39,956 bases of DNA from Leucobacter sp. (GCA_050175655.1 JBFXIT010000002.1:1-39956); one strand, 5' to 3'; positions 9,377-18,359 are shown, counted from the first letter of the stretch. Numbers and translations are program-made. The notes: generated by a model not told the origin, from the sequence alone.

Positions 9377-10402
9377 TCATCCGAGCACCGCATGGCAGCG
9401 GGCGATGCGCTCGCGCCACCAGGCCTCGCGATCGGGCGCCGCGGCGAAGCGGTCGAGCAGCTCGGGGTCGAGCGCCGGCCTGCGCACGGGGAGCTCGCCG
9501 TTCGCGGGCAGCAGCGAGTCGCGGGTGACGTCGCCGTCGAGCAGCGCGACCGTGCCGAGGCCGCAGGCTCCGGCGAGCACGCCGTCGGGCAGCGCGGCGG
9601 CGAGGCTGAGCCCCATCGAGATCCCGATCGAGGTGTCGAGCGCGCTCGACACGACCACCGGCAGGCCCGCCGCGGCCACGATGTCGAGCGCCCGGGCGAT
9701 GCCGCCCAGGGGCTGGGCCTTGAGCACCAGCAGATCCGCGGCACCGGCGCGCGCGACCGCGAGCGGATCCCCGGCCTTGCGCACGCTCTCGTCCGCCGCG
9801 ATCCGCACGAGGCCTCCGAGCCGCTGCCGCAGCTCGGCCAGCTCGGGCACGGTCGCGCACGGCTGCTCCGCGTATTCGAGGCCGGGGGCCCCCAGGTCAG
9901 CGCCGTGCGGGCCGGACGCGGCGAGCGCTCGCAGCGCCGTCTCGGCCTCGTCGACCGTCCAGCCGCCGTTGGCGTCGACGCGGATCAGTGCCTCCTGCCC
10001 CATCGCCTCGCGCACCGCCCGCACCCGGGCGATGTCGTCGGCCAGGGTCTGCCCCGGCTCGGCGACCTTCACCTTGGCCGTGCGGCAGCCGGGGAAGCGG
10101 GCGAGCACGTCGGGCACCGCGCCGGCCTCGACGGCCGGGACGGTCGCGTTGACGGCGATCCTCTCCCGACGCGCCGGGGGCACGGCACCCCAGCCGAACT
10201 CGATCGCGGCGTCCAGCCAGGCGGCGGCCTCGTCGTCGCCGTATTCGACGAAGGGCGAGAACTCGCTCGCGCCGTTCGGGGCGTCGAACAGAACGGCCTC
10301 GCGCACGCTCACCCCGCGGAACCGGGTGCGGGTCGGGATCGCGACGACCCGGGCACGCGCGAGCAGCTCGTCGAGGCCTGGTCGATCCTGTGCGTCGGTC
10401 AC
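9377..10402 (-). CDS. menC: o-succinylbenzoate synthase
   Basis: Actinobacterial MenC motifs RFRGV..RE, EFSPFVEY, TAKVKVA, IRVDANG, EQP, AADESVR, LKAQPLGG, ACGLGT; divergent from menB. Confidence 0.92.
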   Translation of the reverse strand: MTDAQDRPGLDELLARARVVAIPTRTRFRGVSVREAVLFDAPNGASEFSPFVEYGDDEAAAWLDAAIEFGWGAVPPARRERIAVNATVPAVEAGAVPDVLARFPGCRTAKVKVAEPGQTLADDIARVRAVREAMGQEALIRVDANGGWTVDEAETALRALAASGPHGADLGAPGLEYAEQPCATVPELAELRQRLGGLVRIAADESVRKAGDPLAVARAGAADLLVLKAQPLGGIARALDIVAAAGLPVVVSSALDTSIGISMGLSLAAALPDGVLAGACGLGTVALLDGDVTRDSLLPANGELPVRRPALDPELLDRFAAAPDREAWWRERIARCHAVLG

Positions 10403-10461
10403 GCTCCCATCCTCGCATCTCCCGTATCGGCGCGAAGCGCTCCGGCTCTAGGCTTGAGGGC

Positions 10462-11385
10462 ATGAGCGAGCAGGCGAGGCAGGTTTCAGACATCTTCGAT
10501 CCCTCGGAGTGGGAGATCGCGCCCGGCGCCGAGGGCTACACCGACATCACCGCGCACCTCAGCCGTGACGGCCGCATCTCGCGCATCGCGTTCGACCGCC
10601 CGGAGGTGCGCAACGCGTTCCGCCCGCACACGGTCGACGAGCTCTACGACGCGCTCGAGCGCGCGCGAGTGAACCCTCGCGTCGGCGTCGTGCTGCTCAC
10701 CGGCAACGGGCCGAGCCCGAAGGACGGGTGCTGGGCGTTCTGCTCGGGCGGCGACCAGAGGATCCGCGGCCGAGACGGCTACAAGTACAGCGACGACGAG
10801 ACCGCGGTGGGCCCCGAGGCCTCCGCAAGAGCTGGGCGCCTGCACATCCTCGAGGTGCAGCGGCTGATCCGCTTCATGCCCAAGGTCGTGATCGCCCTGG
10901 TGCCCGGCTGGGCGGCGGGCGGCGGGCATTCGCTGAACGTGGTCTGCGACCTGTCGATCGCGAGCGAGGAGCACGCCCGCTTCAAGCAGACCGACGCCGA
11001 CGTGGGGTCGTTCGACGCCGGGTACGGCAGCGCCTACTTCGCCCGCCAGATCGGGCAGAAGGCGGCGCGCGAGGTGTTCTTCCTCGCCCGCGAGTACTCG
11101 GCGCAGCGCGCCTACGAGCTGGGGGCGGTCAACGCGGTCGTGCCGCATGCCGAGCTCGAGCGCACCGGCATCGAATGGGCGAGGGAGATCCTGGGCAAGT
11201 CGCCGACGGCGATCCGCATGCTGAAGTACGCCTTCAACGCGGTCGACGACGGTCTCGTGGGGCAGCAGCTCTTCGCGGGCGAGACCACCCGTCTCGCCTA
11301 CGGCACCGACGAGGCGGTCGAGGGGCGCGACTCGTTCCTCGAGAAGCGCGATCCCGACTGGTCGCCGTTCCCCTACCACTACTGA
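10462..11385 (+). CDS. menB: 1,4-dihydroxy-2-naphthoyl-CoA synthase
   Basis: RPEVRNAFRP, AFCSGGDQRIRG, GWAAGGGHSL, VGSFDAGYGS, EAVEGRDSFLEKR. ATG 10462 follows TAGGCT. Confidence 0.96.
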   Translation: MSEQARQVSDIFDPSEWEIAPGAEGYTDITAHLSRDGRISRIAFDRPEVRNAFRPHTVDELYDALERARVNPRVGVVLLTGNGPSPKDGCWAFCSGGDQRIRGRDGYKYSDDETAVGPEASARAGRLHILEVQRLIRFMPKVVIALVPGWAAGGGHSLNVVCDLSIASEEHARFKQTDADVGSFDAGYGSAYFARQIGQKAAREVFFLAREYSAQRAYELGAVNAVVPHAELERTGIEWAREILGKSPTAIRMLKYAFNAVDDGLVGQQLFAGETTRLAYGTDEAVEGRDSFLEKRDPDWSPFPYHY

Positions 11386-11394
11386 GGTCGTGCG

Positions 11395-12189
11395 ATGCCC
11401 GAGCCCGAGCAGCCGGCTGCGGAAGCCGCCGCGGAGTTCACCGCGGGCGAGTCCGCGATCCTGCGCATCCTGCTCTCGCAGCCTGCGCCCGTCGGCGCTC
11501 GCGGGACCAGGCGCCTGCTGCTGGGCGAGGGGCTCGACCTCAGCGAGGCGACCGTCTCCCGGGTGTTCGCCCGACTGGATGCGGCTGGCCTCACCGAGGC
11601 CGTCGGGCGGAAGGGGCGGCAGCTCACCCCGGCCGGCCGGCGCATGACGGCCGCCTCCCTCGAAGCGGCCAGGCGGAGCGACCGCCTCGAGCGGGCGCTC
11701 GAGATCCGTTCCGACCGGCAGCTGCTCGACCTGCTGCACGCGCGCCGGGGCGTCGAGCGCGAGCTGGTGCGGGCCGCGGCGGAGAACCGGGGCGAGCAGG
11801 ATCTCGACCGCCTGGGGGAGGCGATCGCAGAGCAGCGCCGCCTCATCTCCGAGGGAGGCAACCCGCACGGGGCCGCGATGCGGTTCCATCGCCTCATCGC
11901 CGAGATGTCGGGGAACCGGCTGTTCGCTGCGATCGCCGCGACGCTGTGGAGCGACGCGCTGGCCCCGCTCGAGATGCTGCTCGACATCGTGACGGCCGGT
12001 CACGGATCGCTCGAGCACTCCGCCGCCGAGCACGAGAGCATCAGGGACGCGCTCCGGGATCGCGATGCGGATCGCGCCGAGCAGGCCGTGGCGATCCACC
12101 ACTCCCGCCTGATCGACGAGGTCGAGGCGTTCGCGGGATCGGAGCGGAGCGAGATCCTGAACCGCCTCTTCCTGAGCCTCGACGGTTGA
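11395..12189 (+). CDS. Transcriptional regulator: NrpR/RNase R-type winged HTH + GntR FCD domain
   Basis: N-terminal PVGAR...LSEATVSRVFARLDAAGLT...KGRQLT; C-terminal ARRGVE, FHRLIAEMSGN, EHESIRDAL..RDADRA (FCD). Confidence 0.8.
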   Translation: MPEPEQPAAEAAAEFTAGESAILRILLSQPAPVGARGTRRLLLGEGLDLSEATVSRVFARLDAAGLTEAVGRKGRQLTPAGRRMTAASLEAARRSDRLERALEIRSDRQLLDLLHARRGVERELVRAAAENRGEQDLDRLGEAIAEQRRLISEGGNPHGAAMRFHRLIAEMSGNRLFAAIAATLWSDALAPLEMLLDIVTAGHGSLEHSAAEHESIRDALRDRDADRAEQAVAIHHSRLIDEVEAFAGSERSEILNRLFLSLDG

Positions 12190-12206
12190 GCCTCGACGGC
12201 TGAGCC
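12173..12206 (+). repeat. 14-bp tandem duplication (TGAGCCTCGACGGY x2 plus partial) spanning the regulator stop codon
   Basis: TGAGCCTCGACGGT TGAGCCTCGACGGC TGAGCC read directly. Confidence 0.85.
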
Positions 12207-12237
12207 CCCGCGGCGGATACTCGAAGGCCGGCCCGCG

Positions 12238-13674
12238 CTATCCGAGCGCCGGGTAGGAGAGCGGGAAGTGCTCCTCGATCGTGCGGCCGGCCCAGTCGTG
12301 ATCCTGCCACGACGCCCACACGCGCTCGCCGACGCGCTGGATCCGGGCCGCCGTCTCCTCCTCGTCCAGCCCCCGCACGCCGTTCTCGTCGTACACGACC
12401 TCGCCGTCGATCAGCACCTCGCGCACGTCGGAGGCCTGGCTGTAGTAGACGATGTTGCGGATCGGATCGCGCAGCGGCGTCATCGACAGGCTGTCGGTGG
12501 CCCAGAACACGAGGTCGGCCTTGGCGCCGGCCTCGATGCGGCCCAGATCGTCGCGTCCGAGCGCCCGCGCCGCGTGGACGGTGGCGGCGTCGAAGACCTG
12601 GGCGGCGGTCGTGCCGTCCGAGCGCCGCTCGACGACCTTGCCGAGGATCGCGGTCCACCGGCACGACTCGATCATCGACTGCGCGATGGTGTCGGTGCCG
12701 AGGGTGAGGTTCACGCCCCGCTCCCGGTACTTGTCGAACGACTCGAGCACGATGCCGTTGCGGGCCATGACCCAGGCGTTGTAGGCGACGGTCGTGCCCG
12801 AGTCGGCGAGCAGGCCGAGATCGTCGCCGTGGAAGTTGACCCAGGGGCTGCCGGTCGTGAAGATCACGTGCCCGAGGATCGCGCGCGGGCCGAGGAACCC
12901 GATGTCGTCGAGCCACTCGATCGGGGTGCGCCCGTGGCGCCGGGTCATCTCGAGGAACTCCGAGAGGCTCTGCGCGGCGTGCAGCGAGACGGGCACGTCG
13001 AGCTCCTGGGCGGCACGGGCGCTCGCGACGAGCAGATCCTCGGTGCAGGTGTCGACCTGGGCGGGGGCGAGGAACCCGCGGATGCGCCCGTTCGCCCGCC
13101 CGGAGATTTCGTCGATCAGCGCGGTGGCGCGCTCGAAGCCGGCCCATCCGGCGGCCTCGTCCCATTCGTACTCCACGCGCCTCCCGTCGGAGGTGAGCCA
13201 GCGCCCTGAGCGATAGGACTCGGCGATGTAGGCGCGCAGGCCGGTGCGCTCGGCGGCCTCGGCGACGTAGCGCGACTGATCGCCCATCTGCACCACCGTG
13301 GTGCACCCGGTCTGCAGGTGCTCCATGATCGAGAAGTCGACGCACGCTCGCGCGTCCTCCTCGTTCAGCGCCTGGGCCCGGGGCGGCAGCACCTCGATGA
13401 GGTTGGTGGACCAGAACTGCCGCTTGGCGATGTCCTCTGTGAGCGACTTGTCGGCGGGCGACTCGTTCATGTGCGTGTGCGTGCTGATGAAGCCGGGGGC
13501 GATCACGCGGTCGACGGCGACCACCCGGTCGACGTCGGCCGGGCGCTCGGAGCCGACGTAGGAGATGCGGTCGCCGTCGACGACCACGCTGCCGTCGCGC
13601 AGCAGCCGGTGGCCGGGGGTGCCGCCCTCGCTCGAATGGGCGATGATCCATGGTGCGTCGTATCTCGTGCGCAT
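12238..13674 (-). CDS. Metal-dependent amidohydrolase (Atz/Trz, cytosine/MTA deaminase-like)
   Basis: PGFISTHTH (HxH), GCTTVV, SLHAAQSLSE, ILGHV, LGTD and GRIEAGAKADLV motifs. Confidence 0.85.
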   Translation of the reverse strand: MRTRYDAPWIIAHSSEGGTPGHRLLRDGSVVVDGDRISYVGSERPADVDRVVAVDRVIAPGFISTHTHMNESPADKSLTEDIAKRQFWSTNLIEVLPPRAQALNEEDARACVDFSIMEHLQTGCTTVVQMGDQSRYVAEAAERTGLRAYIAESYRSGRWLTSDGRRVEYEWDEAAGWAGFERATALIDEISGRANGRIRGFLAPAQVDTCTEDLLVASARAAQELDVPVSLHAAQSLSEFLEMTRRHGRTPIEWLDDIGFLGPRAILGHVIFTTGSPWVNFHGDDLGLLADSGTTVAYNAWVMARNGIVLESFDKYRERGVNLTLGTDTIAQSMIESCRWTAILGKVVERRSDGTTAAQVFDAATVHAARALGRDDLGRIEAGAKADLVFWATDSLSMTPLRDPIRNIVYYSQASDVREVLIDGEVVYDENGVRGLDEEETAARIQRVGERVWASWQDHDWAGRTIEEHFPLSYPALG

Positions 13675-13702
13675 GCAAACCTCTCAAAAAAAGACCGATC
13701 TC

Positions 13703-13716
13703 CCTCATTTATGAGG
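13703..13716. promoter_or_regulatory. Perfect palindrome CCTCAT-TT-ATGAGG, putative operator in the divergent promoter region
   Basis: Lies in the AT-rich 80-bp gap between the divergent amidohydrolase and SDR genes. Confidence 0.55.
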
Positions 13717-13754
13717 TATATTCGCAACCATAGTCTCATGAAAGGACGCCGTCT

Positions 13755-14504
13755 ATGAGCGCGCTGAAGGACAAGGTCGTCCTCATCACCGGAGCCGCCG
13801 GGGGGATCGGCGGATGCACCGCCGAGACGATCGCGGGCCGCGGAGCCGTCGTCGTGCTCGCAGACCTCGACGGCGAGGGCGCGCGAACGGGCGCGGAGAG
13901 GATCGAGGCATCCGGCGGGCGCGCCTCATCGATCGCGATGGACATCACCGACGTCGCGGGCGTTGAGCGCGCGGTCGCCGAGGTGGTCGAGCGATGCGGC
14001 AGGATCGACGCGCTCGTGCACTGCGCGGGCGTCGACTGCCCGCGCGGCACCCCGACCGGCATCGACGAGGCCCACTGGCGCAGCATCATCGACGTGAACC
14101 TCAACGGCGCCTGGTGGGTCACCCAGGCCGTGCTGCCGGGCATGATCGAGCAGGGCGGCGGGCGCATCGTGCTCATCAGCTCCCTGGCGGCCCGCCTGGG
14201 CGGCGCCCCGATGTCGCCCGCCTACTCGGCCGCGAAGGCGGGCGTGATCGGGCTGACGATCAACCTGGCGACCTCGCTCGAGAAGGACGGCATCCTGGTC
14301 AACGCGATCACGCCCGGCAACACGGGCAACACCGGCTTCCCGTTCACCGAGGAGCGCGCCCGCGCCTACCTGAGCACTCACCCTCTGGGCTTCGGAGGCC
14401 CGCAGCCGACCGCCGACGGCGTCGCCTACCTGCTCGACTCGTCGGGGGACTGGATCAGCGGGACCGTGCTCAACATCAGCGGAGGAGACCACCGTGGCAT
14501 CTGA
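13755..14504 (+). CDS. Short-chain dehydrogenase/reductase (SDR)
   Basis: TGAAGGIG Rossmann motif, CAGV, ISS, YSAAK catalytic motif; AAAGGA RBS. Confidence 0.9.
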   Translation: MSALKDKVVLITGAAGGIGGCTAETIAGRGAVVVLADLDGEGARTGAERIEASGGRASSIAMDITDVAGVERAVAEVVERCGRIDALVHCAGVDCPRGTPTGIDEAHWRSIIDVNLNGAWWVTQAVLPGMIEQGGGRIVLISSLAARLGGAPMSPAYSAAKAGVIGLTINLATSLEKDGILVNAITPGNTGNTGFPFTEERARAYLSTHPLGFGGPQPTADGVAYLLDSSGDWISGTVLNISGGDHRGI

Positions 14505-15261
14505 TACCTCGCAGACCGAGGAGGGGATCCGGCTCGACGGCCGCACGATCGCGGTGACCGGCGCCGGGTCGGGCATCGGCGAGGCGACCACGGCGAAGCT
14601 CGTCGCCCGAGGGGCGAGCGTATGGGCGCTCGATCGGGACGCCGACGGGCTGGGGCGCGTGGCGGATCTGCCCGGGGTCGGCACGCTGACCGCGGACGTC
14701 TCGGACGAGGCCTCGCTGGCCGCGGCGGTCGAGCGGATCGAGGCGGAGGGGGCGCTGCACGGCGTCGTGGCCTGCGCGGGCCTGGGGCATCGCGCCCCGC
14801 TGGAGCAGACGACGCTCGAGGACTGGGATCGGATCGTCGGCGTGAACCTGCGGGGCATGTTCCTCACGGCGAAGCTCACCGCGCCTCTGCTGGAGCGCAG
14901 CGCACCGGCCTCGTTCGTCGCCATCGCCTCGGAGCTCGGCACGGTCGGCGACGCGGGCCACTCGGCGTACGGCACGTCGAAGGCGGGCGTGATCCAGCTC
15001 ATGCGCGTGCTCGCGCTCGAGTTCGCGACCCGCGGGGTGCGCTTCAACTCGGTGGCCCCCGGGGGCACCGTCACGCCCATGCTGGTCGGCGAGCTGGAGC
15101 AGCAGGGACTTCCGGTGCTCGAGGCGGTGCCGGCGATCCCGATGGGCCGCCGCGCCCGGCCTCGCGAGATCGCGAACGTCGTCGCGTTCCTCATCTCCTC
15201 CGAGTCGTCCTTCGTCACCGGGGCGACCTACCTCGCAGACGGGGGCTACACGGCGCGCTAG
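14494..15261 (+). CDS. Short-chain dehydrogenase/reductase (SDR)
   Basis: TGAGSGIG, YGTSK, NSVAPG, DGG motifs; GTG start after GGAGGAG, overlapping the upstream SDR. Confidence 0.9.
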   Translation: MASDTSQTEEGIRLDGRTIAVTGAGSGIGEATTAKLVARGASVWALDRDADGLGRVADLPGVGTLTADVSDEASLAAAVERIEAEGALHGVVACAGLGHRAPLEQTTLEDWDRIVGVNLRGMFLTAKLTAPLLERSAPASFVAIASELGTVGDAGHSAYGTSKAGVIQLMRVLALEFATRGVRFNSVAPGGTVTPMLVGELEQQGLPVLEAVPAIPMGRRARPREIANVVAFLISSESSFVTGATYLADGGYTAR

Positions 15262-15278
15262 CGGATCGCGTTGCCCGG

Positions 15279-16106
15279 TCAGCGCCTGGAGGGGGTGCCG
15301 AGCAGAGGGCTGTCCTCCGAGCCGACGAGGGCGAGCAGCCGCTCGACCACCACGGAGTCGCCCCTGGCGACGAGCCTCTCGCAGGCCTCGATCATCCGGT
15401 CGAAGTGGTCGTTCATCGCCTGTTCCGCCGCCGCGGCGTCCCCTGCGCGCAGGGCGTCGAGGATCCTCCGGTGGTCGTCCGCCGCCGAGCGCAGCTGATC
15501 GTCGGAGCCGAGCAGGATGTCGAGCGCCGCCTCCACCTCGTCGAGACGCGGCGACAGGATGAGCTCCGTGAGCGTCTTCAGCATCGGGTTGGGGGAGAGC
15601 GCGGCGATCTTCCGGTGGATGGCGAGGCCGGGCAGCCGGAGCATGCCCTCCGTGCCGATGGCCTCCCGGTGCTCGTGCACCAGCCGCTCCAGCTCCTGCA
15701 GATCCTTGGGGCTCGCATGGGTCGCGGCATCGGCGGCCGAGGCGCTCTCGACGGCCTTGCGCGCGTGCAGCAGATCGATCACGTCGCGGATGTCCCTCAC
15801 GTCGATCCGCTGCCCGCCCGGGCGCACGCCGGCGGTCTCGTGTTCGCGCCCGTGCTCATGCGCACGCTCGTGCTCGCGCTCGTCGAGCATGCGCCGGCCC
15901 CGATCCGAGAGCACCCTGCCCTTGGCCGCGACGGGCACCGTCCAGCCCCGCTCGTCCAGCTCCTTGAGGCGCCGGGAGACGGTGGACTCGCTCATCCCGA
16001 GGCCCAGCTCCTCGAGGGACTGACGGGCGGCGCGGGTGCCCATCGGCCCCGGGGCGCGGTCGAGCACGGCGAGCAGCGCGTGCAGCGCGGCCTCCCTCTT
16101 CCGCAT
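15279..16106 (-). CDS. Second NrpR-type wHTH + FCD regulator (paralogue of 11395..12189)
   Basis: PMGTR...MSESTVSRRLKELDERG...KGRVLS; LLHARKAVE; HRKIAALSPN; DHRRILDALRAGDA. AAGGGGGAGG RBS. Confidence 0.8.
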   Translation of the reverse strand: MRKREAALHALLAVLDRAPGPMGTRAARQSLEELGLGMSESTVSRRLKELDERGWTVPVAAKGRVLSDRGRRMLDEREHERAHEHGREHETAGVRPGGQRIDVRDIRDVIDLLHARKAVESASAADAATHASPKDLQELERLVHEHREAIGTEGMLRLPGLAIHRKIAALSPNPMLKTLTELILSPRLDEVEAALDILLGSDDQLRSAADDHRRILDALRAGDAAAAEQAMNDHFDRMIEACERLVARGDSVVVERLLALVGSEDSPLLGTPSRR

Positions 16107-16182
16107 GGCCTCCCCCTTCCCGCTGCGGTGCCCGGTGCCGTGCGCCGCAGCACCACTGTGATGCAGAACCAGTGTGCTGCAG

Positions 16183-16200
16183 ATGACAGACGTTTGTCAT
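16183..16200. promoter_or_regulatory. Near-perfect 18-bp palindrome ATGACAGACGTTTGTCAT, putative operator
   Basis: One mismatch; upstream of the regulator start at 16106 and just upstream of the tRNA-Trp -35 box. Confidence 0.45.
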
Positions 16201-16208
16201 TCCCAGGT

Positions 16209-16237
16209 TCGACATTGCCCCACCGATCCCGTAGACT
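16209..16237 (+). promoter_or_regulatory. Sigma-70-type promoter for tRNA-Trp/secE/nusG
   Basis: TCGACA-N17-TAGACT. Confidence 0.7.
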
Positions 16238-16332
16238 CTGTCGAGGTAGTTGACTTCTGCCAGAATTTTTCGCGCCCATCGGCCCGGTCTCCCGGGTGCG
16301 AGTGCCGAGGTTCGACGTAGAGGCAGCCCCTT

Positions 16333-16405
16333 AGGGCGGTGGCGCAATTGGTAGCGCAGCGGTCTCCAAAACCGCAGGTTGCAGGTTCGAGTCCTGTCCG
16401 CCCTG
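16333..16405 (+). tRNA. tRNA-Trp (anticodon CCA), 3' CCA not encoded
   Basis: AGGGCGG/CCGCCCT acceptor stem, GCGGT-CT-CCA-AA-ACCGC anticodon arm, GGTTCGAGTCC T arm; canonical position before secE. Confidence 0.97.
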
Positions 16406-16409
16406 CGAC

Positions 16410-16443
16410 ACCCGTTCCGCCGGTGACAGCCGGCGGAACGGGT
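16410..16443 (+). other. Strong stem-loop after tRNA-Trp (processing or attenuation hairpin)
   Basis: ACCCGTTCCGCCGG-TGACAG-CCGGCGGAACGGGT perfect 14-bp stem with no U-tract. Confidence 0.6.
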
Positions 16444-16463
16444 CAACGAAAGGCAGGTAGCGC

Positions 16464-16736
16464 GTGAGCAGCAACGAGATCGACGAGACCGGTGGCGGTC
16501 TGGTCGAGCGTGCCAAGGCTGACCGTGCCGCCAAGAGGTCTTTCTTCGGCCGCATCGTGCTCTTCATCCAGCAGGTGTTCGCCGAGCTGAAGAAGGTGAC
16601 GACGCCCACCCGCAAGGAGCTCATCAACTACACGCTCGTGGTGCTGGGGTTCGTCGTCGTGATGATGGCGCTGGTGTGGCTGCTCGACCAGGCATTCGGC
16701 TGGGTCACGGTCTTCCTCTTCGGCAGCCCGCTCTAG
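16464..16736 (+). CDS. secE: Preprotein translocase subunit SecE
   Basis: ELKKVTTPTRKEL motif followed by a single TM helix; synteny with tRNA-Trp and nusG. Confidence 0.95.
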   Translation: MSSNEIDETGGGLVERAKADRAAKRSFFGRIVLFIQQVFAELKKVTTPTRKELINYTLVVLGFVVVMMALVWLLDQAFGWVTVFLFGSPL

Positions 16737-16818
16737 CGCTACAACTCCCCGTATCCGGTCACGTCGCACCAGCGGGTGATCCGTCAACGAGATCGATCGA
16801 GAAGGTTCAGAAAGTCAG

Positions 16819-17595
16819 ATGACGAGCGAGAACAGCAACACTCCCGAGGCCGAGCTCGACGCCGCCCTCGACGCTCTGGCGAACCAGGGCGAGGATCAGC
16901 AGATCGAAGAGGCCGCCGCCGAGGCCGTGGCCGCAGAGCCGGCCTCGGAAGCCGCGGGGGATCAGGCCGACGAACAGCCGGCCGATGACCCTTACGCCGC
17001 TTTCAAGCTCGAGCTGCGCACGAAGCCGGGCAAGTGGTACGTGGTGCACAGCTACGCGGGCTACGAGCGCAAGGTCAAGTCGAACCTGTGGAACCGTCGC
17101 GAGACGATGGGCGCGGTCGACGACATCTTCGAGATCCAGGTCCCCATGGAAGAAGTCATGGAGGTCAAGAACGGCCAGCGCAAGATGGTGACCCGTGTGC
17201 GGATCCCGGGCTATGTGCTGGTGCGCATGAACCTCAACGAGAACTCGTGGTCCGTGGTGCGCCACACGCCGGGCGTCACCGGCTTCGTGGGCAACGCGCA
17301 CAACCCCGTCCCGCTCCGCTTCAACGAGGCGTTCGAGATGCTAAAGAGCACCGTCGAGCTCGAGCCCGTGCTGGCGAAGTCGAAGGCCGCGGCGGGCGCC
17401 GCCGAGGCCGGCAACGTCGAGATCGACTTCGAGGTCGGCGAGACCATCACCATCAAGTCCGGCTCGTTCGAGGGACTGCCCGGCACGATCAGCGAGATCA
17501 ACCCGGCGGCCGGCAAGCTGACCGTGCTGGTGTCGCTGTTCGAGCGCGAGACCCCGGTCGAGCTAAGCTTCGACCAGGTCACCAAGATGATCTGA
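16819..17595 (+). CDS. nusG: Transcription termination/antitermination factor NusG
   Basis: [31 protein letters not shown] domain, [11 protein letters not shown]; acidic actinobacterial N-extension. Confidence 0.97.
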   Translation: MTSENSNTPEAELDAALDALANQGEDQQIEEAAAEAVAAEPASEAAGDQADEQPADDPYAAFKLELRTKPGKWYVVHSYAGYERKVKSNLWNRRETMGAVDDIFEIQVPMEEVMEVKNGQRKMVTRVRIPGYVLVRMNLNENSWSVVRHTPGVTGFVGNAHNPVPLRFNEAFEMLKSTVELEPVLAKSKAAAGAAEAGNVEIDFEVGETITIKSGSFEGLPGTISEINPAAGKLTVLVSLFERETPVELSFDQVTKMI

Positions 17596-17607
17596 GCCAC
17601 ACGGCTG

Positions 17608-17644
17608 CGAATGCCCCGTCTTCCTCGGAAGGGCGGGGCATTCG
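17608..17644 (+). terminator. Intrinsic terminator after nusG
   Basis: CGAATGCCCCGTCTTCC / GGAAGGGCGGGGCATTCG long GC stem. Confidence 0.75.
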
Positions 17645-17799
17645 TGTCCCAGGGAGAATCGCCGCGCGAGATCCGGATCCTCTCGCGCATATGTCCCTCG
17701 GGAACGGCTGGTGAACTGCGGTCGGAGGTGCAGGCGATCGTGCGGGCACTCGAAGAGGAGCTGCACAGGATCGATCCGCACCGAAAGAAAGGGAAGCAC

Positions 17800-18303
17800 A
17801 TGACCGCACCTGTTCCGGACCCCGCACCCGCTCAGAACCAGTTCGGCAAGCCGACCGCGGCCTTCATCGGCGCGGGGTGGGCCGCGCTCGCCCTCGGCAT
17901 CGTCATCCACTTCATCGGCCTATGGCGCGCCGACATGGAGACCTTCGAGAAGGGCTTCTACTTCGCCACCTTCCTGTTCGGCCTGCTGAGCGCGGTGTCG
18001 CTGCAGAAGTCGGTGCGGGATCGCCACGAGGGTGTTCCCGTGACCAGCATCTACCTCGGCGTCGCCTGGATCGGCCTCGGCCTGTCGCTGGCGATGCTCG
18101 CCTGGAGCCTGTGGAACAGCGACATCCTGCCGAGCGAGAAGGGCTTCTACGCCCTCGGCTTCGCCCTCTCGGTATTCGCGGTGATCGTGGTGCAGAAGAA
18201 CGTGCGAGATCAGATCGCCTACAAGGCGCAGCATCCGGAGCTCTATGGCGCGGATACGATCCAGGCCCGTAGGCAGACGGCCCAGCGTGAAGACCTCCGC
18301 TAA
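17800..18303 (+). CDS. yiaA: YiaA/YiaB two-repeat inner membrane protein
   Basis: Two repeats of W(R/N)xD...EKGFY...(L/V)QK(S/N)VRD, 4 TM helices; ATG 17800 after AAAGGGA. Confidence 0.88.
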   Translation: MTAPVPDPAPAQNQFGKPTAAFIGAGWAALALGIVIHFIGLWRADMETFEKGFYFATFLFGLLSAVSLQKSVRDRHEGVPVTSIYLGVAWIGLGLSLAMLAWSLWNSDILPSEKGFYALGFALSVFAVIVVQKNVRDQIAYKAQHPELYGADTIQARRQTAQREDLR

Positions 18304-18353
18304 CCCGTGAGCCGAGTGGATCCGGGCCGCTGGCGGAATCTTCGTTGATGACG

Positions 18354-18359
18354 TAGACT
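18354..18359 (+). promoter_or_regulatory. -10 element (TAGACT) of the rplK-rplA promoter
   Basis: Same hexamer as the tRNA-Trp promoter, about 140 nt upstream of rplK. Confidence 0.5.
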
